From: a virus
Strand: one strand, 5' to 3'
Virus record (IMG/VR): IMGVR_UViG_3300042516_004943
Location: 1 to 64,000 of that record
Length of the DNA: 64,000 nt
Shown: positions 35,737 to 47,726 of the stretch, one piece after another
How positions within the stretch are numbered: the stretch's first letter is position 1
How the letters are laid out: each line of letters begins with the position of its first letter
The notes under the pieces: model-generated
What the model was told of the DNA's origin: nothing
Seen by the model: only the letters and a program-made list of their open reading frames with translations
Database searches by the model: none
Translations under genes and position numbers: made by a program

Positions 35737-37632
35737 ATGATATCGAAAAAGGGCACAAGGTCTAAAAAAGTTAAAAAGGAAATTTCGGAGCCATTAACCG
35801 CAAGCTTGGATGATTATGATAAGCTTATAGGCTCTTGCGATACAACCCCAGAGCGCGGATCAAGATCCAATTCTGCAGGAAGTATTACTAGAGTCCAAAG
35901 GTTTGCAAATCTTGAGGCGGGTGTTGCTCCGTTTTTATATGAGAAAAATGGCAGTAGGTATGCTACTAATATTTCTTTACAGGATACAATTCTTTTATGT
36001 CAAAAGGCTTATTGGAACGTGCCTATTTTTAGAAACACAATTGATTTGATGACTGAATTTGCTATTTCTGATATTGTTTTTTCTGGAGGAAATAAAGAGT
36101 CAAGAAACTTTTTTAATGCATGGGCTGAAAAAATAAATCTATGGCAATTATCAGATATGTTTTTTCGTGAATATTTTAGGAGTGGAAATGTTTTTATTTA
36201 TAAATTATTCGGAGAATTTCCAAGAGAAAGCTTAAGAAAGCTTCAGCAAATGAATATAGCCGAAGCGGCTTTAAAAGTTCCTTTGAAATATATTATATTA
36301 AATCCTTATGATATACAAGTTTTGGCATCATCTAGTTTCACTGCCCCCATATATAAAAAACGACTTAACTCGTTTGAGATTGGCGCCTTGATTAGGCCAA
36401 CAAATGAAGAAGATAAAAAAATAGCGTCTACAATACCTGAGCTTAAAAATATTAAAAATGGCAACCAATCTTTAGAAATTTCTTTAGATTCTGATAGGCT
36501 TGTTAGTATTTTTTATAAAAAACAAGATTACGAACCATTAGCGGTACCAATGGGCTTTCCAGTTTTAGAAGATATAAATTGGAAATTAGAACTTAAAAAA
36601 GTTGATATGGCGATTTCAAGAACGATACAACAGGCTGTATTGCTTATCACTCAAGGCGATGAAGAATTGGGGCCACCAAGTCAAAAAAGCCAAGAGGTGC
36701 TTCGTAAAATTTTTGAAAATGGCAGCGTTGGGCGAGTTCTTATAGCTGATTATACGACAAAAGCGCAGTTTGTGATTCCTCAAATTGGAGATATTTTAGA
36801 TCCTAAAAAGTATGAAATCGTTGATAAAGATATAAGATTAGGTTTAAATAATATTATTTTTGGAGATGATAAGTACGCTAACGCAAGCGCAAAAATGGAT
36901 GCATTTTTTAAACGATTAGAATTTGCACGACAAGAATTTTTGACAAAATTTTTAGAACCTCAAGTTCGTGATATTGCAAAAACAATGAACTTCAAGTCGG
37001 TTCCGCTACCAAAATGGAAAACGCATAATTTTAGAAATGATTCTGCAGTGCTGTCTCGCGTTTATACTAGGCTGCTTGAGCTTGGCGCTATATCGCCAAA
37101 AGATGCTATATCGGCTATAAATACAAATGTATTGCCGGAGCCATATGAATTAGTTGAATCACAAAAAGAAATGATTTCGGAAAAAGAACAAGGATTCTAT
37201 GAGCCATTACTAAATCCAAAACAGCCTACTGGGCAAGCCGGTAGACCAGCAGCTACGCCAGCAAAGCAAACAACACAAAAAATAACGCCTGTTGGGCAAA
37301 AATCTGTAGCTACATATAAATTTAGCTCAAAATTAGTTGCTCAAACACTTAAAGACAAAGATATATTAGAAGACAATGTTTGTGATGCTTTAAAGAAAAA
37401 ATATAAAATAAAAAGACTAAATCAAGCCCAAAAAAATATAGCGGCAGATATAACTAATATTATTATTTCTTCTGAAAATAAAGAAGATTGGAAAAATAAA
37501 ATCAACACTTATATTGACAATCCGATTACTGATGTTACAGCAAATAATATAACAAAAGAAATTTTTGATATAGCAGCATATCATGAGGTTGGGCAAGATG
37601 AAGCTGCAATACTTTACCATTCTAAAAAATGA
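35737..37632 (+). CDS. portal protein
   Basis: Directly after terL; [30 protein letters not shown]; size fits. Confidence 0.8.
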   Translation: MISKKGTRSKKVKKEISEPLTASLDDYDKLIGSCDTTPERGSRSNSAGSITRVQRFANLEAGVAPFLYEKNGSRYATNISLQDTILLCQKAYWNVPIFRNTIDLMTEFAISDIVFSGGNKESRNFFNAWAEKINLWQLSDMFFREYFRSGNVFIYKLFGEFPRESLRKLQQMNIAEAALKVPLKYIILNPYDIQVLASSSFTAPIYKKRLNSFEIGALIRPTNEEDKKIASTIPELKNIKNGNQSLEISLDSDRLVSIFYKKQDYEPLAVPMGFPVLEDINWKLELKKVDMAISRTIQQAVLLITQGDEELGPPSQKSQEVLRKIFENGSVGRVLIADYTTKAQFVIPQIGDILDPKKYEIVDKDIRLGLNNIIFGDDKYANASAKMDAFFKRLEFARQEFLTKFLEPQVRDIAKTMNFKSVPLPKWKTHNFRNDSAVLSRVYTRLLELGAISPKDAISAINTNVLPEPYELVESQKEMISEKEQGFYEPLLNPKQPTGQAGRPAATPAKQTTQKITPVGQKSVATYKFSSKLVAQTLKDKDILEDNVCDALKKKYKIKRLNQAQKNIAADITNIIISSENKEDWKNKINTYIDNPITDVTANNITKEIFDIAAYHEVGQDEAAILYHSKK

Positions 37633-39053
37633 GAACTTTAATCAGATCATCACAGCTTCATCCAGAAATTTCAGGATTAATAAAAAATTATAGCGATCCT
37701 AATTATCCAAATTATGCAGATATATTCGGAATATCTGGAGTTAATACTTTTAGAAGTGGCAATTATTTGCTAGTTACTGCAAATCAGGGGGTTAGATCAG
37801 TTAATAATTTGACTGGCTCAATAACAGTTACTGGAACCAGCGGTGTTCGCGCAACTGTACAAAATAATAATATTACAATATCATTAACTGGGGCAAGCTC
37901 TGTTACAACTCTAAATACATTAAACGGAAATATAAATTTAGTTCCAAGAGGCCTTATTGATGTTTGGCCCTTAAATTCCACACAAATAGCTATTAGCGGT
38001 GTTCAAATTACAGGTGAGGGTACTGTGTTTAGTTATTACTCTGGTGGAACAGTTTATTTGAGAGGCACTTCGATAGGAAGTTTAAATAATAAATCTGGAG
38101 CTTTAAACATTTTGGGCATTGGCGGCGTAAATGTTATCAATACGGGTCAAAATATTTTTATTGATGCATCTTTTGCCGCGCTATCAGGAGTTCAAAGAAT
38201 TAATGGAATCGGCGGCGTTCCAATCACTTTAAGCGAAGGGTCAGATATTGATATAAATACAGTAGGGTCTGATATATCAATAAATTATATAGGAAAAGGA
38301 TGGGGGCTTGGCAATTATTACTATGCAACCGGTGTTGGCGAAAATTATGTTGGCAATTACAATCTTTTTGAAAATAATACTGGCGTTTTGATTAATGGCA
38401 ATGCAAATGTAATAGAAAAAAATAATAATGTCACAGCTATAAATTCTCATAATACTAGAATTAAGGATTCGACAAAATCCACTTTTATTAATACCAATGG
38501 TGGTACACATTTTAATTTGACAGGATCTACTTTTGTTAATGGCGCCGTTGGTAGTGGTATATTTAGGCACCCATATGCTTTTGGTATAGGAATGGCAGCA
38601 ACAAATACATACGCAACAACAATGCAAATGAGTTGTAAGCTTCAAGGCATTGAAATGCTAAAAGCTCTTTATGTTCCTGGCACTAAATATTCTGGTATTT
38701 TTATTCCAACAGGAAGTGTTATTGTTGGTCACATAGATTATATTGGTACCAGATATGATATCACCGATTTTAACGCAAGTTTTAATTTGGTTAACGAAGG
38801 AATATACGGAAGAAAAGACTTTATTGTACAAAGAGGGTCCGAGCCGCAAGTGTATGTTCGTGATCAGTCAGATTTATTCGGTGGAAATAATAAATATTCT
38901 TTAATATTAAGTGGTAGCGAAGATCAAGTGTTTTATTTACTTGGAAGCGGCTATTCTGGTCAATTAGCAGAGGATAGCGTTGATAAGGTTCATGACGTAT
39001 TGTTCATGGCAAATGTAAGCTTTACAAATTTCAATTTACATACCAATGTATAA
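37629..39053 (+). CDS. putative fibre-like virion protein
   Basis: Repeated V.S(L/V)N..SG.I.(L/I) units and an Asn/Gly-rich beta-repeat region. Confidence 0.55.
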   Translation: MRTLIRSSQLHPEISGLIKNYSDPNYPNYADIFGISGVNTFRSGNYLLVTANQGVRSVNNLTGSITVTGTSGVRATVQNNNITISLTGASSVTTLNTLNGNINLVPRGLIDVWPLNSTQIAISGVQITGEGTVFSYYSGGTVYLRGTSIGSLNNKSGALNILGIGGVNVINTGQNIFIDASFAALSGVQRINGIGGVPITLSEGSDIDINTVGSDISINYIGKGWGLGNYYYATGVGENYVGNYNLFENNTGVLINGNANVIEKNNNVTAINSHNTRIKDSTKSTFINTNGGTHFNLTGSTFVNGAVGSGIFRHPYAFGIGMAATNTYATTMQMSCKLQGIEMLKALYVPGTKYSGIFIPTGSVIVGHIDYIGTRYDITDFNASFNLVNEGIYGRKDFIVQRGSEPQVYVRDQSDLFGGNNKYSLILSGSEDQVFYLLGSGYSGQLAEDSVDKVHDVLFMANVSFTNFNLHTNV

Positions 39054-40944
39054 CAATAAAAAGCTCAGGTTTGTTCCATCTGATTCTTCTTTTAATATAA
39101 AAGAATTATATATGGACGGGTCGCAAGTTACACTTGACGACTGGAAGCAAACTATATTGATAGATGAAAAGCCTATTAGTATACCTGGCAGCAATGCGTA
39201 CGTAATGTTGCCTTCTGAAATTGGTCTTCCTTCGCCAAGCTATTTTGTTTCATACCCATATACTGGAGAATCTTTGTTTGAAGAATATCAAGCATCTTAT
39301 TATTTAGCTACCGGATGGTCGGTTTCATTAGGCAAGCCTGGAATATCTCCAGCACATTTAAATTCTACTGGCGGATTGATAATTGCGCCATTAAGCGGAA
39401 GATTGTATGGAAGGCCACTAAACAGTCCAATTAAAACTACAATAACTACTTTTTATATAGATTCAGGCGCTAATAGTTATTTTAATTTTGGCCAAATTCC
39501 AGAAACAGCTATTTCTGGAAATCAAATTATAGGATGGGATTTATTTTATTCTCTTTCAGGAGCAGAAGATCTTTCTGTCACTCTTCACGGAAGATATAAT
39601 GATATATATCAAGAAAATATAAGCGATGGCGTTATAATGACCAGCGGTGATGCTGCCGTATCATTCTTTTTAGAATATGGAGCATTAACTGGGGATGGAG
39701 TATTGGAGTATTATACAGCAAATGAATTTATAGCAACGCGATGGGGAATATATGCTGGTACGCCAGGAACAAGCACTCTTTCTTTAAATCCTCTTGCTAC
39801 TCAATATCCTTTAAGTGGAAGATTTTATTACAGAGATCCTAAAGATAATGTCAAAACAACAATATCACATTTTAGCTTAAGCACTGGAAGCATTGCTAAT
39901 TGGCAAAATATTGTTCCTGATTTTTACGTTCCGTTTAGAAAAATTATTGGACTTGATATTTATTATGGCCTGAATGATTTAAAAAATTTACATATAATAT
40001 TGGGTGGTCAGGGAATAGCTTCAGCAAACTATTTTAAAAGCGTCGTAACTAAGCAAATTTTTGATATATTTTCTGGAGATATTGAAACAAGATTTGGCCA
40101 ATTCTCTACCGGAACTGTTGGCGATTTTGGCGCATTTACTGGACTTGTTACAGCATCTGTAAATAATTTATCAGGATTTGTCACTGGATTTTCTGGGCAG
40201 TCTGTAGAAAATTTTAATAATCTTTCTGGCTATCTAACTGGCCTAATTCAGGCAAGTAGTGCTGGCGTAACAAGCTTGAATGGCTCTTATGGAGCAATTA
40301 GTTTAAATGGGATAAGCGGTATACAAATAAGTAGTCAGGGCTATCCATCACAAAATGTAACGGTAGAATATACAAGCGGTAATTTTAATAGTATTGATTT
40401 CTCTCCAAATATTGATGCAAATATTCCATATAAGGAAGGCAGGTTATATTATAGCGCAGATACAAAAACATTTAATGCATATTTAGACAAGCCAGATGTT
40501 ACTTTAAATATCGGTCAAGAAGAATATGTGAGGGCAGTCAATAGAACAAATTCAACTTTAATTAACGGATCAGTTGTATATATTTCTGGGGCGCACGGCA
40601 ATAGGCCTCAAGTTTGGCCAGCAATTGCTACAAACGATTATCATACATCGCACATCCTTGGAATTACAACGCATCAGGCATTAAATAATGATGAGGTGTT
40701 GGTAACCACATTTGGATCTGTTGGTGGATTAAATACATCTAGTTTTACTGCAGGAAGTATATTGTATTTGTCTAGCACTGTGCCTGGAGCCATAACAAAT
40801 ATTCCGCCAATAAATGGTAAAAGAATAAAAATTGGATATGTTTTAAGTTCAACCAATAATGGTAGAATACTTGTAATAAAGCCAGAAGAAGACATTGATA
40901 ATTATACTACAATAAGAAATTTAACTATATTAAGATATATTTAA
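39046..40944 (+). CDS. putative virion protein, family C
   Basis: Tandem N-terminal domains paralogous to 21334; VTSLNG unit; C-terminal GSVVYISG...GSILYLS...GYV domain common in phage fibres. Confidence 0.6.
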   Translation: MYNNKKLRFVPSDSSFNIKELYMDGSQVTLDDWKQTILIDEKPISIPGSNAYVMLPSEIGLPSPSYFVSYPYTGESLFEEYQASYYLATGWSVSLGKPGISPAHLNSTGGLIIAPLSGRLYGRPLNSPIKTTITTFYIDSGANSYFNFGQIPETAISGNQIIGWDLFYSLSGAEDLSVTLHGRYNDIYQENISDGVIMTSGDAAVSFFLEYGALTGDGVLEYYTANEFIATRWGIYAGTPGTSTLSLNPLATQYPLSGRFYYRDPKDNVKTTISHFSLSTGSIANWQNIVPDFYVPFRKIIGLDIYYGLNDLKNLHIILGGQGIASANYFKSVVTKQIFDIFSGDIETRFGQFSTGTVGDFGAFTGLVTASVNNLSGFVTGFSGQSVENFNNLSGYLTGLIQASSAGVTSLNGSYGAISLNGISGIQISSQGYPSQNVTVEYTSGNFNSIDFSPNIDANIPYKEGRLYYSADTKTFNAYLDKPDVTLNIGQEEYVRAVNRTNSTLINGSVVYISGAHGNRPQVWPAIATNDYHTSHILGITTHQALNNDEVLVTTFGSVGGLNTSSFTAGSILYLSSTVPGAITNIPPINGKRIKIGYVLSSTNNGRILVIKPEEDIDNYTTIRNLTILRYI

Positions 40945-40959
40945 TGTAAAGGATACTAT

Positions 40960-41436
40960 ATGCCAAAACAAACATCATTATTTTTAACAAAAGAAATTAT
41001 AACAACTGGACAGTCATTCATGTTTGGAGAAACTGGGGTATTGAAACCAGTAGCAATTGCTGGAAATGATGATAGCATTGTCAAATCAATACATTTAATG
41101 AATACTACCATTACTGGTAATTTTCTTGCACTTTATGTTACTGTACCTACTGGAAATGGGCTAACAGCAAATTATCCATTTGTAAATATTCAAGTTCCGC
41201 CAAATGCTGGGTCTGGAATCGCGCCAGCCATAGATGTTTTTGCTACAAGTGGCATTCCATCACTTCCAATAGATAATGCTGGCAAAAGATATTTTCCTCT
41301 TGGTTCTGGATGCCAAATCAGGGCACAAGTGATGCATCAAGTTAGCCCATTTAATTCAAATAATGCATCGTATTTTCAGGGAACTTTTCCTCCAAGCGGA
41401 ATGATTTCTATAACTTCTATTATAGAAAACTATTAA
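40960..41436 (+). CDS. hypothetical virion-associated protein
   Basis: 158-aa ORF in the structural block. Confidence 0.6.
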   Translation: MPKQTSLFLTKEIITTGQSFMFGETGVLKPVAIAGNDDSIVKSIHLMNTTITGNFLALYVTVPTGNGLTANYPFVNIQVPPNAGSGIAPAIDVFATSGIPSLPIDNAGKRYFPLGSGCQIRAQVMHQVSPFNSNNASYFQGTFPPSGMISITSIIENY

Positions 41437-41442
41437 TAAATT

Positions 41443-42246
41443 ATGGATGGGGATACTCGTAGCTCCTCATTAGGCGCGCCATTAGATAATGGATTGTGGA
41501 ATGGTCCTCTTGGTGCCGCAATGAGGCCAATATCCTTTTTAAGAACACGTTCTATAATTACAAATGGCTTGACGCTATATTTAGATGCGTTTGATTCGCG
41601 CTCATATTCTGGAGGATCTACATGGTTTGATTTGAGCGGCAATAATTTCCATTTTACAATAAACCCACTTGCATTTAGCAGGGCTGGCGATATACCGCAT
41701 ATGAATTTTAATGGATCTGCTGGTGCGGCAAAAAGAGTTGTTGGTGGAGCGAATGTTGATGTTCCAAATGCAATTAATGGAACTATAATGGTTTTTACTT
41801 CAATTTTAAATAGCACTGCTGATTGGAGAACTCTCACCAGAGGCGTATCGGGCGATCACCAAGGTATGATACAGCAAGGGTCTAACGTATTGGGCATGTA
41901 TGATAATAATAGTAATCAATTTGTAAGCGCTGGATTTGATATAACTTCTTTACCTAATCCATATACTCAATTTAATTGTTTAACTATTAGATTATCTCAA
42001 AATTCTCCATTTTATCAATTTCAATATAATAATGATCAAAGAATTTTTTCAATTACGAATGCTAACGCAACATTCAATAATGGATTTGGAATGATAGGCG
42101 CCGGGCCAAGTGGTAATAATGCTGATCCAAATAGCACTGTACAATTCTGGGGTAGAATTTCTGTTTTTATTTATTATCAAAGACATTTATTGCAAGAAGA
42201 AATAGCGCAAAATTTTAATGCACTTAGATCTAGATATGGAATTTGA
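41443..42246 (+). CDS. LamG/concanavalin A-like lectin-domain protein
   Basis: IITNGLTLYLDA...STWFDLSGN...EEIAQNFNALRSRYGI. Confidence 0.75.
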   Translation: MDGDTRSSSLGAPLDNGLWNGPLGAAMRPISFLRTRSIITNGLTLYLDAFDSRSYSGGSTWFDLSGNNFHFTINPLAFSRAGDIPHMNFNGSAGAAKRVVGGANVDVPNAINGTIMVFTSILNSTADWRTLTRGVSGDHQGMIQQGSNVLGMYDNNSNQFVSAGFDITSLPNPYTQFNCLTIRLSQNSPFYQFQYNNDQRIFSITNANATFNNGFGMIGAGPSGNNADPNSTVQFWGRISVFIYYQRHLLQEEIAQNFNALRSRYGI

Positions 42247-42275
42247 TATCTAAAAGTGTAATAAATATATAATTC

Positions 42276-43859
42276 ATGAAAAAGAAAAGCCTTTTACAAG
42301 ATTATCCATTTCATGTACGATTTGATGGTATTGAAATCAAAGCCGTATCAATGGATAAAGAAGATCTGCAATACATTGCAAAAGCAAGCGCAGATAAATT
42401 AAAAAATTTATTGCCAAAAGATTTTGATTTTGAATCAAGCTATGATATTCTTGGCGTTGCCTTTAATGCTTATACCCCAAATCTTGGCAATAAAAATGGG
42501 CATATGATTTCTGGCGAAAAAGGTATTGCTATCGCTAAAAGTTTTAAAGGCAAATATATCAATATTGAGCATGAAAGGCAAAATGTAGTTGGCTGCATTA
42601 CTGATTATGCTTTTTCTTCTTTTCCTGATGATCAGCCAATAGCTGAAGCAACTGCTCGTGAGCTTGCATCTGAAGGAAAAGTATTCAATGTGGTTCTTTC
42701 TGGTATTATTTGGAGAGCAGTTAATCCTGATTTTGCCGATGCTGTTTCTGAGGCTGGGGATGCATCTTCTGACAAATTTGGATCAATATCTGCATCATGG
42801 GAGGTTGCATTTAAAGAATTTAATATTGCTAAAGGATCTAAATATCTTAAAGAGTGCGAAATAGTTGATGGCGAGGCTGTCAATGAATTAAAGGGTCGCC
42901 TTAAAACATTTGGGGGTAACGGAGCTGATGAAAGCGGAGAGCCTGTTTATTTAAATCTTACCGGAGAAACAATTTTAAGTCTGGGAATTGGCTTAACTGA
43001 AACTCCAGCAGCAGAAGTTAAAGGGATTATTACTACAGATAATACTAGCGAAGATCAGGTAGATCTCAAGCTAGTGAAGGTTGGAACAGAAGAAGATGAA
43101 AAAAAATGTGATAAAATTCAATCTGAAAATGTAATAGTAGAAGAAGCATCAATTAATTTAATTATGAAAATAACAGACATTAAAGACATCAATGAAAATT
43201 CCATGAAAGAACTTTCAGCTTCAGCAGTAACAGATTTTATTGCTGAAAAAATTGCCGAAAACTCAGAGGTATGGAAAAAACAAGTCGATGAAAAAGAATC
43301 GCTTGCAACAAATCTTAATGAGCAAATCGCTCAATTGCAAGCCCAATTAGACGAACTTAAAAAGTCTAAAGACGACTCAGAAGTAGCTCTTAATGAGCTC
43401 AAAAATCAAATTGCCGCCAAAGAAGCTGAAGAAGTATTTCAAGCACGTATGGCATCCATTGATTCAGAATACGATCTATCAGATGAAGATCGTGAAATTA
43501 TCGCTGAAGATCTAAAAGCTGTTGCAAGCGAAGAAGATTTTCAAAAATGGTTCAAGAAATTTTCAACATTGGCATCTGCCAAAAACAAAGCTGCTAAAAA
43601 AGCTATGGCTGAAAAAATGAAAGAAGAAGAAAAAATGAAAGAAGCCAAAGCTAGCGAAGAAAACGTAGCAGAAGAAACAGTCGTTGTAACCGAAGAAGTA
43701 AAAGAAGAAGTTAAAGCAGAAGAAGTTGCTGCCGAAGCTGTTTCTGAAGCTTCTGTAAAAAATGATGTTGCCAATGCTGCGGGTGCAGTAGAATCATTAA
43801 AAGATCGTATGGCTTCTGCATTTGGCGGAGACAACATCAAAATTAAATTAAATCGATAA
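42276..43859 (+). CDS. prohead protease-scaffold fusion
   Basis: INIEH...VVG (His), SASWEV (Ser) in the N-half; acidic coiled-coil C-half; upstream of capsid genes. Confidence 0.75.
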   Translation: MKKKSLLQDYPFHVRFDGIEIKAVSMDKEDLQYIAKASADKLKNLLPKDFDFESSYDILGVAFNAYTPNLGNKNGHMISGEKGIAIAKSFKGKYINIEHERQNVVGCITDYAFSSFPDDQPIAEATARELASEGKVFNVVLSGIIWRAVNPDFADAVSEAGDASSDKFGSISASWEVAFKEFNIAKGSKYLKECEIVDGEAVNELKGRLKTFGGNGADESGEPVYLNLTGETILSLGIGLTETPAAEVKGIITTDNTSEDQVDLKLVKVGTEEDEKKCDKIQSENVIVEEASINLIMKITDIKDINENSMKELSASAVTDFIAEKIAENSEVWKKQVDEKESLATNLNEQIAQLQAQLDELKKSKDDSEVALNELKNQIAAKEAEEVFQARMASIDSEYDLSDEDREIIAEDLKAVASEEDFQKWFKKFSTLASAKNKAAKKAMAEKMKEEEKMKEAKASEENVAEETVVVTEEVKEEVKAEEVAAEAVSEASVKNDVANAAGAVESLKDRMASAFGGDNIKIKLNR

Positions 43860-43919
43860 AAATTATTTAGGAAAAAAATAAATTTTAACTGTAATATATA
43901 CTAAGAAAAAATAAACACT

Positions 43920-44459
43920 ATGAATATCAAACCTCTACGTGCAGTCAATCAATACGACATTGTTCCGTTCTTCTCATACAACGGAGCAACAGCCAACAAA
44001 GGTACATTTGTTACCGCTGTTGGCCAAGGTCTAAACTTAAAAGACGAGCTAACGCTTGAAAATCTATCATCTGTTGATGGTACGCTTTCAGCAACATTCA
44101 ATGTTCCTTGGCTCGTAACAGCAGCCCCATCTGGCGCAGCAAAAGCAAGCGTTCTCGGAATGCTTCTTAAAGATGTTCGCACAGTTGACGAAAATGGCTA
44201 CCCACTAATTTACGATCCACGTAAAGCAGCCGAAATGGATGTAACAGTAAGCGGACAAGCCGCTCCAGTTGCAACAAAAGGATTTGTTCTTTACAGTGGA
44301 ATTGTTGGAACACCAGCATTTGGTTCTGGTGCAGCAATCGCAGACGCTGGTGACGGCTCTCTCAAAGTTGTAGCCGCAACAGATGCAAAATCAATCGGAC
44401 GTTTCCTAGGTCCTAAGAATGATCAAGGATATGCTCCTTTGGAATTCAATCTTAACTAA
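43920..44459 (+). CDS. capsid decoration/cement protein (putative)
   Basis: Between scaffold and MCP; codon usage like MCP. Confidence 0.6.
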   Translation: MNIKPLRAVNQYDIVPFFSYNGATANKGTFVTAVGQGLNLKDELTLENLSSVDGTLSATFNVPWLVTAAPSGAAKASVLGMLLKDVRTVDENGYPLIYDPRKAAEMDVTVSGQAAPVATKGFVLYSGIVGTPAFGSGAAIADAGDGSLKVVAATDAKSIGRFLGPKNDQGYAPLEFNLN

Positions 44460-44490
44460 TTAATCAAGGAGAATATAAAATAACAAACAT

Positions 44491-45606
44491 ATGAAAATCG
44501 AATTCAAAAATACACCAGAGCAAGTAGCCCTAATCAAGGCCATGGCTTCTAACAATAAAGTCGAAGCCGCTGAAGCTCAAGAAGCATTCGCAGCCTTCTT
44601 AAGTCCAGTTGTTCAAGAGGTTTTGATGCATGCTGGATCAGCTGCTCAAATCTATCGTGATGAAGCATATAACGAAGATGATTCTCCTTCATTCCCAATC
44701 GACACACTTTTTGGACAAGGATATGGAGACATCTCCATCTGGTCACAAACTGTAGGTGGCGGTCTTCCAACAAACGAAGTTGCTGGAGCAAGCGAAATCA
44801 AACTTCGCACATATGACCTCGATAGCGCAATCAGCTTCGACAAGCGTTATGCTCGTAGAGCACGCCTAAACGTTGTAGCTCGCTATATCGAGTTCGCAGC
44901 TAACCAACTCTTAGTAAAACAAGAGCGTAATGCATGGGCTGTTATTATGAAGGTACTTGCTGATGCAAGCACGAATGGAAAAAATCACGTTTTCCGCTCT
45001 GCAGATGCTGGAGTTTTCGTTCCAGAAGATCTTAGCTCACTATGGACACTAGTAAGCCGCTTCAATAGCGACTACTTAGGCGGAACATCAACAGCCGCAG
45101 CAGCTGGTTTGACAGATCTGTACGTAAGCCCAGAAATCAAAGGACAAATTCGTTCTTTCGCTTACAATCCAGTCAACACTCGTAGCGGTGGCGGAACAAA
45201 TGCTGGTAACGTTGCTCTTCCTGATGAAGTTCGCAGCCAAATCTATCGCAGCGCTGGTACATCCGAAATTTTCGGAGTAACAATTCATGAATTGCTAGAG
45301 CTTGGAGAAGGCAAGAGATACAATGAACTCTTTGACTTCTTTGCTGGAGCCAAACAATTCACAGAAGCTGATGGTTCAAACACTGCCGAATTCAATGGCG
45401 CATCAAGCGAACTCCTAGTTGGTTTTGATTTAGCCCGTGGAGCATTCCTACGCCCAGTTGAAACATTCGATGATAATGGTGGACAAGTTCAAACACTAGT
45501 AGATGACCAATTCCAAGCTCGTGCAAACAAGATGGGATGGTACATGAAACTACGCGAAGGCCGTGTATGTCTTGACAGCAAAGCAGTTGTTGGCTTGATT
45601 GTCTAA
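44491..45606 (+). CDS. major capsid protein (HK97 fold, inferred)
   Basis: 371 aa; position; biased codon usage; SD AAGGAG; strong terminator follows. Confidence 0.85.
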   Translation: MKIEFKNTPEQVALIKAMASNNKVEAAEAQEAFAAFLSPVVQEVLMHAGSAAQIYRDEAYNEDDSPSFPIDTLFGQGYGDISIWSQTVGGGLPTNEVAGASEIKLRTYDLDSAISFDKRYARRARLNVVARYIEFAANQLLVKQERNAWAVIMKVLADASTNGKNHVFRSADAGVFVPEDLSSLWTLVSRFNSDYLGGTSTAAAAGLTDLYVSPEIKGQIRSFAYNPVNTRSGGGTNAGNVALPDEVRSQIYRSAGTSEIFGVTIHELLELGEGKRYNELFDFFAGAKQFTEADGSNTAEFNGASSELLVGFDLARGAFLRPVETFDDNGGQVQTLVDDQFQARANKMGWYMKLREGRVCLDSKAVVGLIV

Positions 45607-45631
45607 TCAAAATCAAAAACTAATCAAAGAT

Positions 45632-45663
45632 AAGCCCTGAGAAATCAGGGCTTTTTCTTTTTT
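45632..45663 (+). terminator. Intrinsic terminator after MCP
   Basis: AAGCCCTGA-GAAA-TCAGGGCTT-TTTCTTTTTT. Confidence 0.9.
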
Positions 45664-45726
45664 ATATTAAATATTAAATTAGAAATGTGGCATTATATAT
45701 TTATAATAAATTAAATAGATAATATT

Positions 45727-46092
45727 ATGCCAAGAAAAAAACGTACATCTAAAGAAGTATTAAACGAAAATACTGAAATTGACGGTAAAATTGCCTCTAA
45801 TAAGCCAACCGCTCTTGAGCAGATTTGGGGCTCTGATGGTTTATCAAAATATGGAACTATGGATGTTGATGTTTATACAGCAAAGCTAAACGATATGCTT
45901 CCTGTAGATCTTCAAAATCATGCCAGAGATGTTGGTTTGCGGCCAGATGCTGAGCCTCATCTTTTAAGAGAAAGATTAGTTAATGAATTTTTAAGACACG
46001 TTGCATCATTTAAATCTGGACAAGTTAATGTAGCTTCTGTGCCGTCATCTGTTCCGAAAAGTATTCATAAAATACTACGAGAAGGCGCTTAA
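45727..46092 (+). CDS. hypothetical protein
   Basis: 121-aa ORF after MCP. Confidence 0.7.
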   Translation: MPRKKRTSKEVLNENTEIDGKIASNKPTALEQIWGSDGLSKYGTMDVDVYTAKLNDMLPVDLQNHARDVGLRPDAEPHLLRERLVNEFLRHVASFKSGQVNVASVPSSVPKSIHKILREGA

Positions 46093-46134
46093 TTTTATAG
46101 ATTAATTAAGTGGTGATTGCGTGTAATTAATAGC

Positions 46135-46683
46135 ATGCAATATCCTAAATGGTTAAATGATTTTGTAAAAAATGTAGCTTCTGATCTTGGTGACAGGGAT
46201 GATTATTCATCAACTTATCTAGTTGGGTGGTTCTTAGATCCTTCAAATCTTGGCTATCTAAATAATCAAATAGATGGCTGTTTTCAAGTGGTGCCATATT
46301 ATTCTAATGCTGGTAAGCTTACTGGAGTGGGCATAGAGCCTCCTTTAGAAAATCAAGAGCAAGCAATTTACAAAGCAAATTTTGATACGTTTTTTTATAA
46401 TAGAGAAGCTAAACTAGCCCTATCGGGCGCTTATAGTTTAGGCGCATGGACTACTCTTAAAGAGGGCGACTCTACAGTAACAAGAGTTAATAGATCTGAA
46501 CTTGCAAGAACATATCAAATATTTCGTAAAGATGCTCAAGATAATGTTAATAATTTAGTAAAACAATATTTAAAATCTAAATCCAAGCCACAATCAGTTG
46601 ATGGTACTGATACTACAGATGGTGGATATTGGGCAGAGGCAAACAGAAGCACTTACTATCCTAGAAGCGAACCCGGTTTATAA
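46135..46683 (+). CDS. head-tail adaptor (putative)
   Basis: Gene order; W..LKEGDS.VTR; start revised to MQYPKW after a TGTAAT motif. Confidence 0.55.
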   Translation: MQYPKWLNDFVKNVASDLGDRDDYSSTYLVGWFLDPSNLGYLNNQIDGCFQVVPYYSNAGKLTGVGIEPPLENQEQAIYKANFDTFFYNREAKLALSGAYSLGAWTTLKEGDSTVTRVNRSELARTYQIFRKDAQDNVNNLVKQYLKSKSKPQSVDGTDTTDGGYWAEANRSTYYPRSEPGL

Positions 46684-46686
46684 AAT

Positions 46687-47133
46687 ATGCCTTCTTTTTT
46701 ATCAGCAGAAGAAAAAGCAGAAATGTCTCAGCAATTTAATAATTTGCATGATACATTTGGCAGAGATGTTATAATTTTTAAGGATCCTGAACGAGTTGAT
46801 ATCATATCTAATGATGATTATATTTCTATTTATAGGGACTATAGGCAGGGTGATAATTTTCAGTTTCAATCTGAACCTGTGTCAGGAGTATTTTCGATGA
46901 GAATTAAATGGGAAAAAGCCGATAAAGAAGAGAATAAAAATATGCTTGAAACTCCTCTTCCTGGCGAAGTTTGTAGGCTAAAAATGAAAATAGATGCATT
47001 CGAATTTTTAAAAGAATGCAAATCGTTTTATGTTGATGGCATTTCATGTGAAAAAATAGGATTTGAAAAGCCACATGGCTTATTCAATATAGATTTCTAT
47101 ACAGTATATGCTAAAAGGAGAGAAATGCAATGA
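46687..47133 (+). CDS. head closure/stopper (putative)
   Basis: Gene order and size. Confidence 0.5.
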   Translation: MPSFLSAEEKAEMSQQFNNLHDTFGRDVIIFKDPERVDIISNDDYISIYRDYRQGDNFQFQSEPVSGVFSMRIKWEKADKEENKNMLETPLPGEVCRLKMKIDAFEFLKECKSFYVDGISCEKIGFEKPHGLFNIDFYTVYAKRREMQ

Positions 47134-47726
47134 GATTTTCTAAAACTGTAGATTTTAAAAAAATAAATGCATATATTGCTAAAAACCAAAGCGTAAGAAG
47201 GGCATGCACTAATGCTGTAAATAAAAAAGTACAATTAGCTAAAAATCAACTAATTTTAGAATTTTCTTCGCATCCGGTTTCTAATGAAATACAATCTGGG
47301 CCAAGCGCTTCAAATTCTAGTGGAACTTTAAATGGTTATGGAAACCTTTTTTCGTTTATAGGATTTGCTGCTGGTCAAAATCCTGTAGATCAATGGGTAA
47401 ATTTTTTAAAAAGACACATTGTTTTAAAAGAAACACAAAGGTCTGATGCTAAAATAGATTCATTTACTATCTCTTTTGAGATACCAAATATTTCGAGCAT
47501 TGAACTTGTTAATTATGCTTCAATGCCTTGGGAACCAGGCCGTTCTTGGATTATGGGTATAGAGAAGGGTATTTCTGGGTTTTCTAGTTATATTTCAAAA
47601 TCTATGGGAAGATCCGGCGGCGGTATTCAATCTAAATATAATGTTAGGGGCGGACAATTCTCTCGCAGATCTTATTGGACAAAAATGTGGAATAATTTTA
47701 CAAAAGATATTTCTAAACAAATATGA
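47130..47726 (+). CDS. neck/tail completion protein (putative)
   Basis: Gene order; basic. Confidence 0.45.
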   Translation: MRFSKTVDFKKINAYIAKNQSVRRACTNAVNKKVQLAKNQLILEFSSHPVSNEIQSGPSASNSSGTLNGYGNLFSFIGFAAGQNPVDQWVNFLKRHIVLKETQRSDAKIDSFTISFEIPNISSIELVNYASMPWEPGRSWIMGIEKGISGFSSYISKSMGRSGGGIQSKYNVRGGQFSRRSYWTKMWNNFTKDISKQI

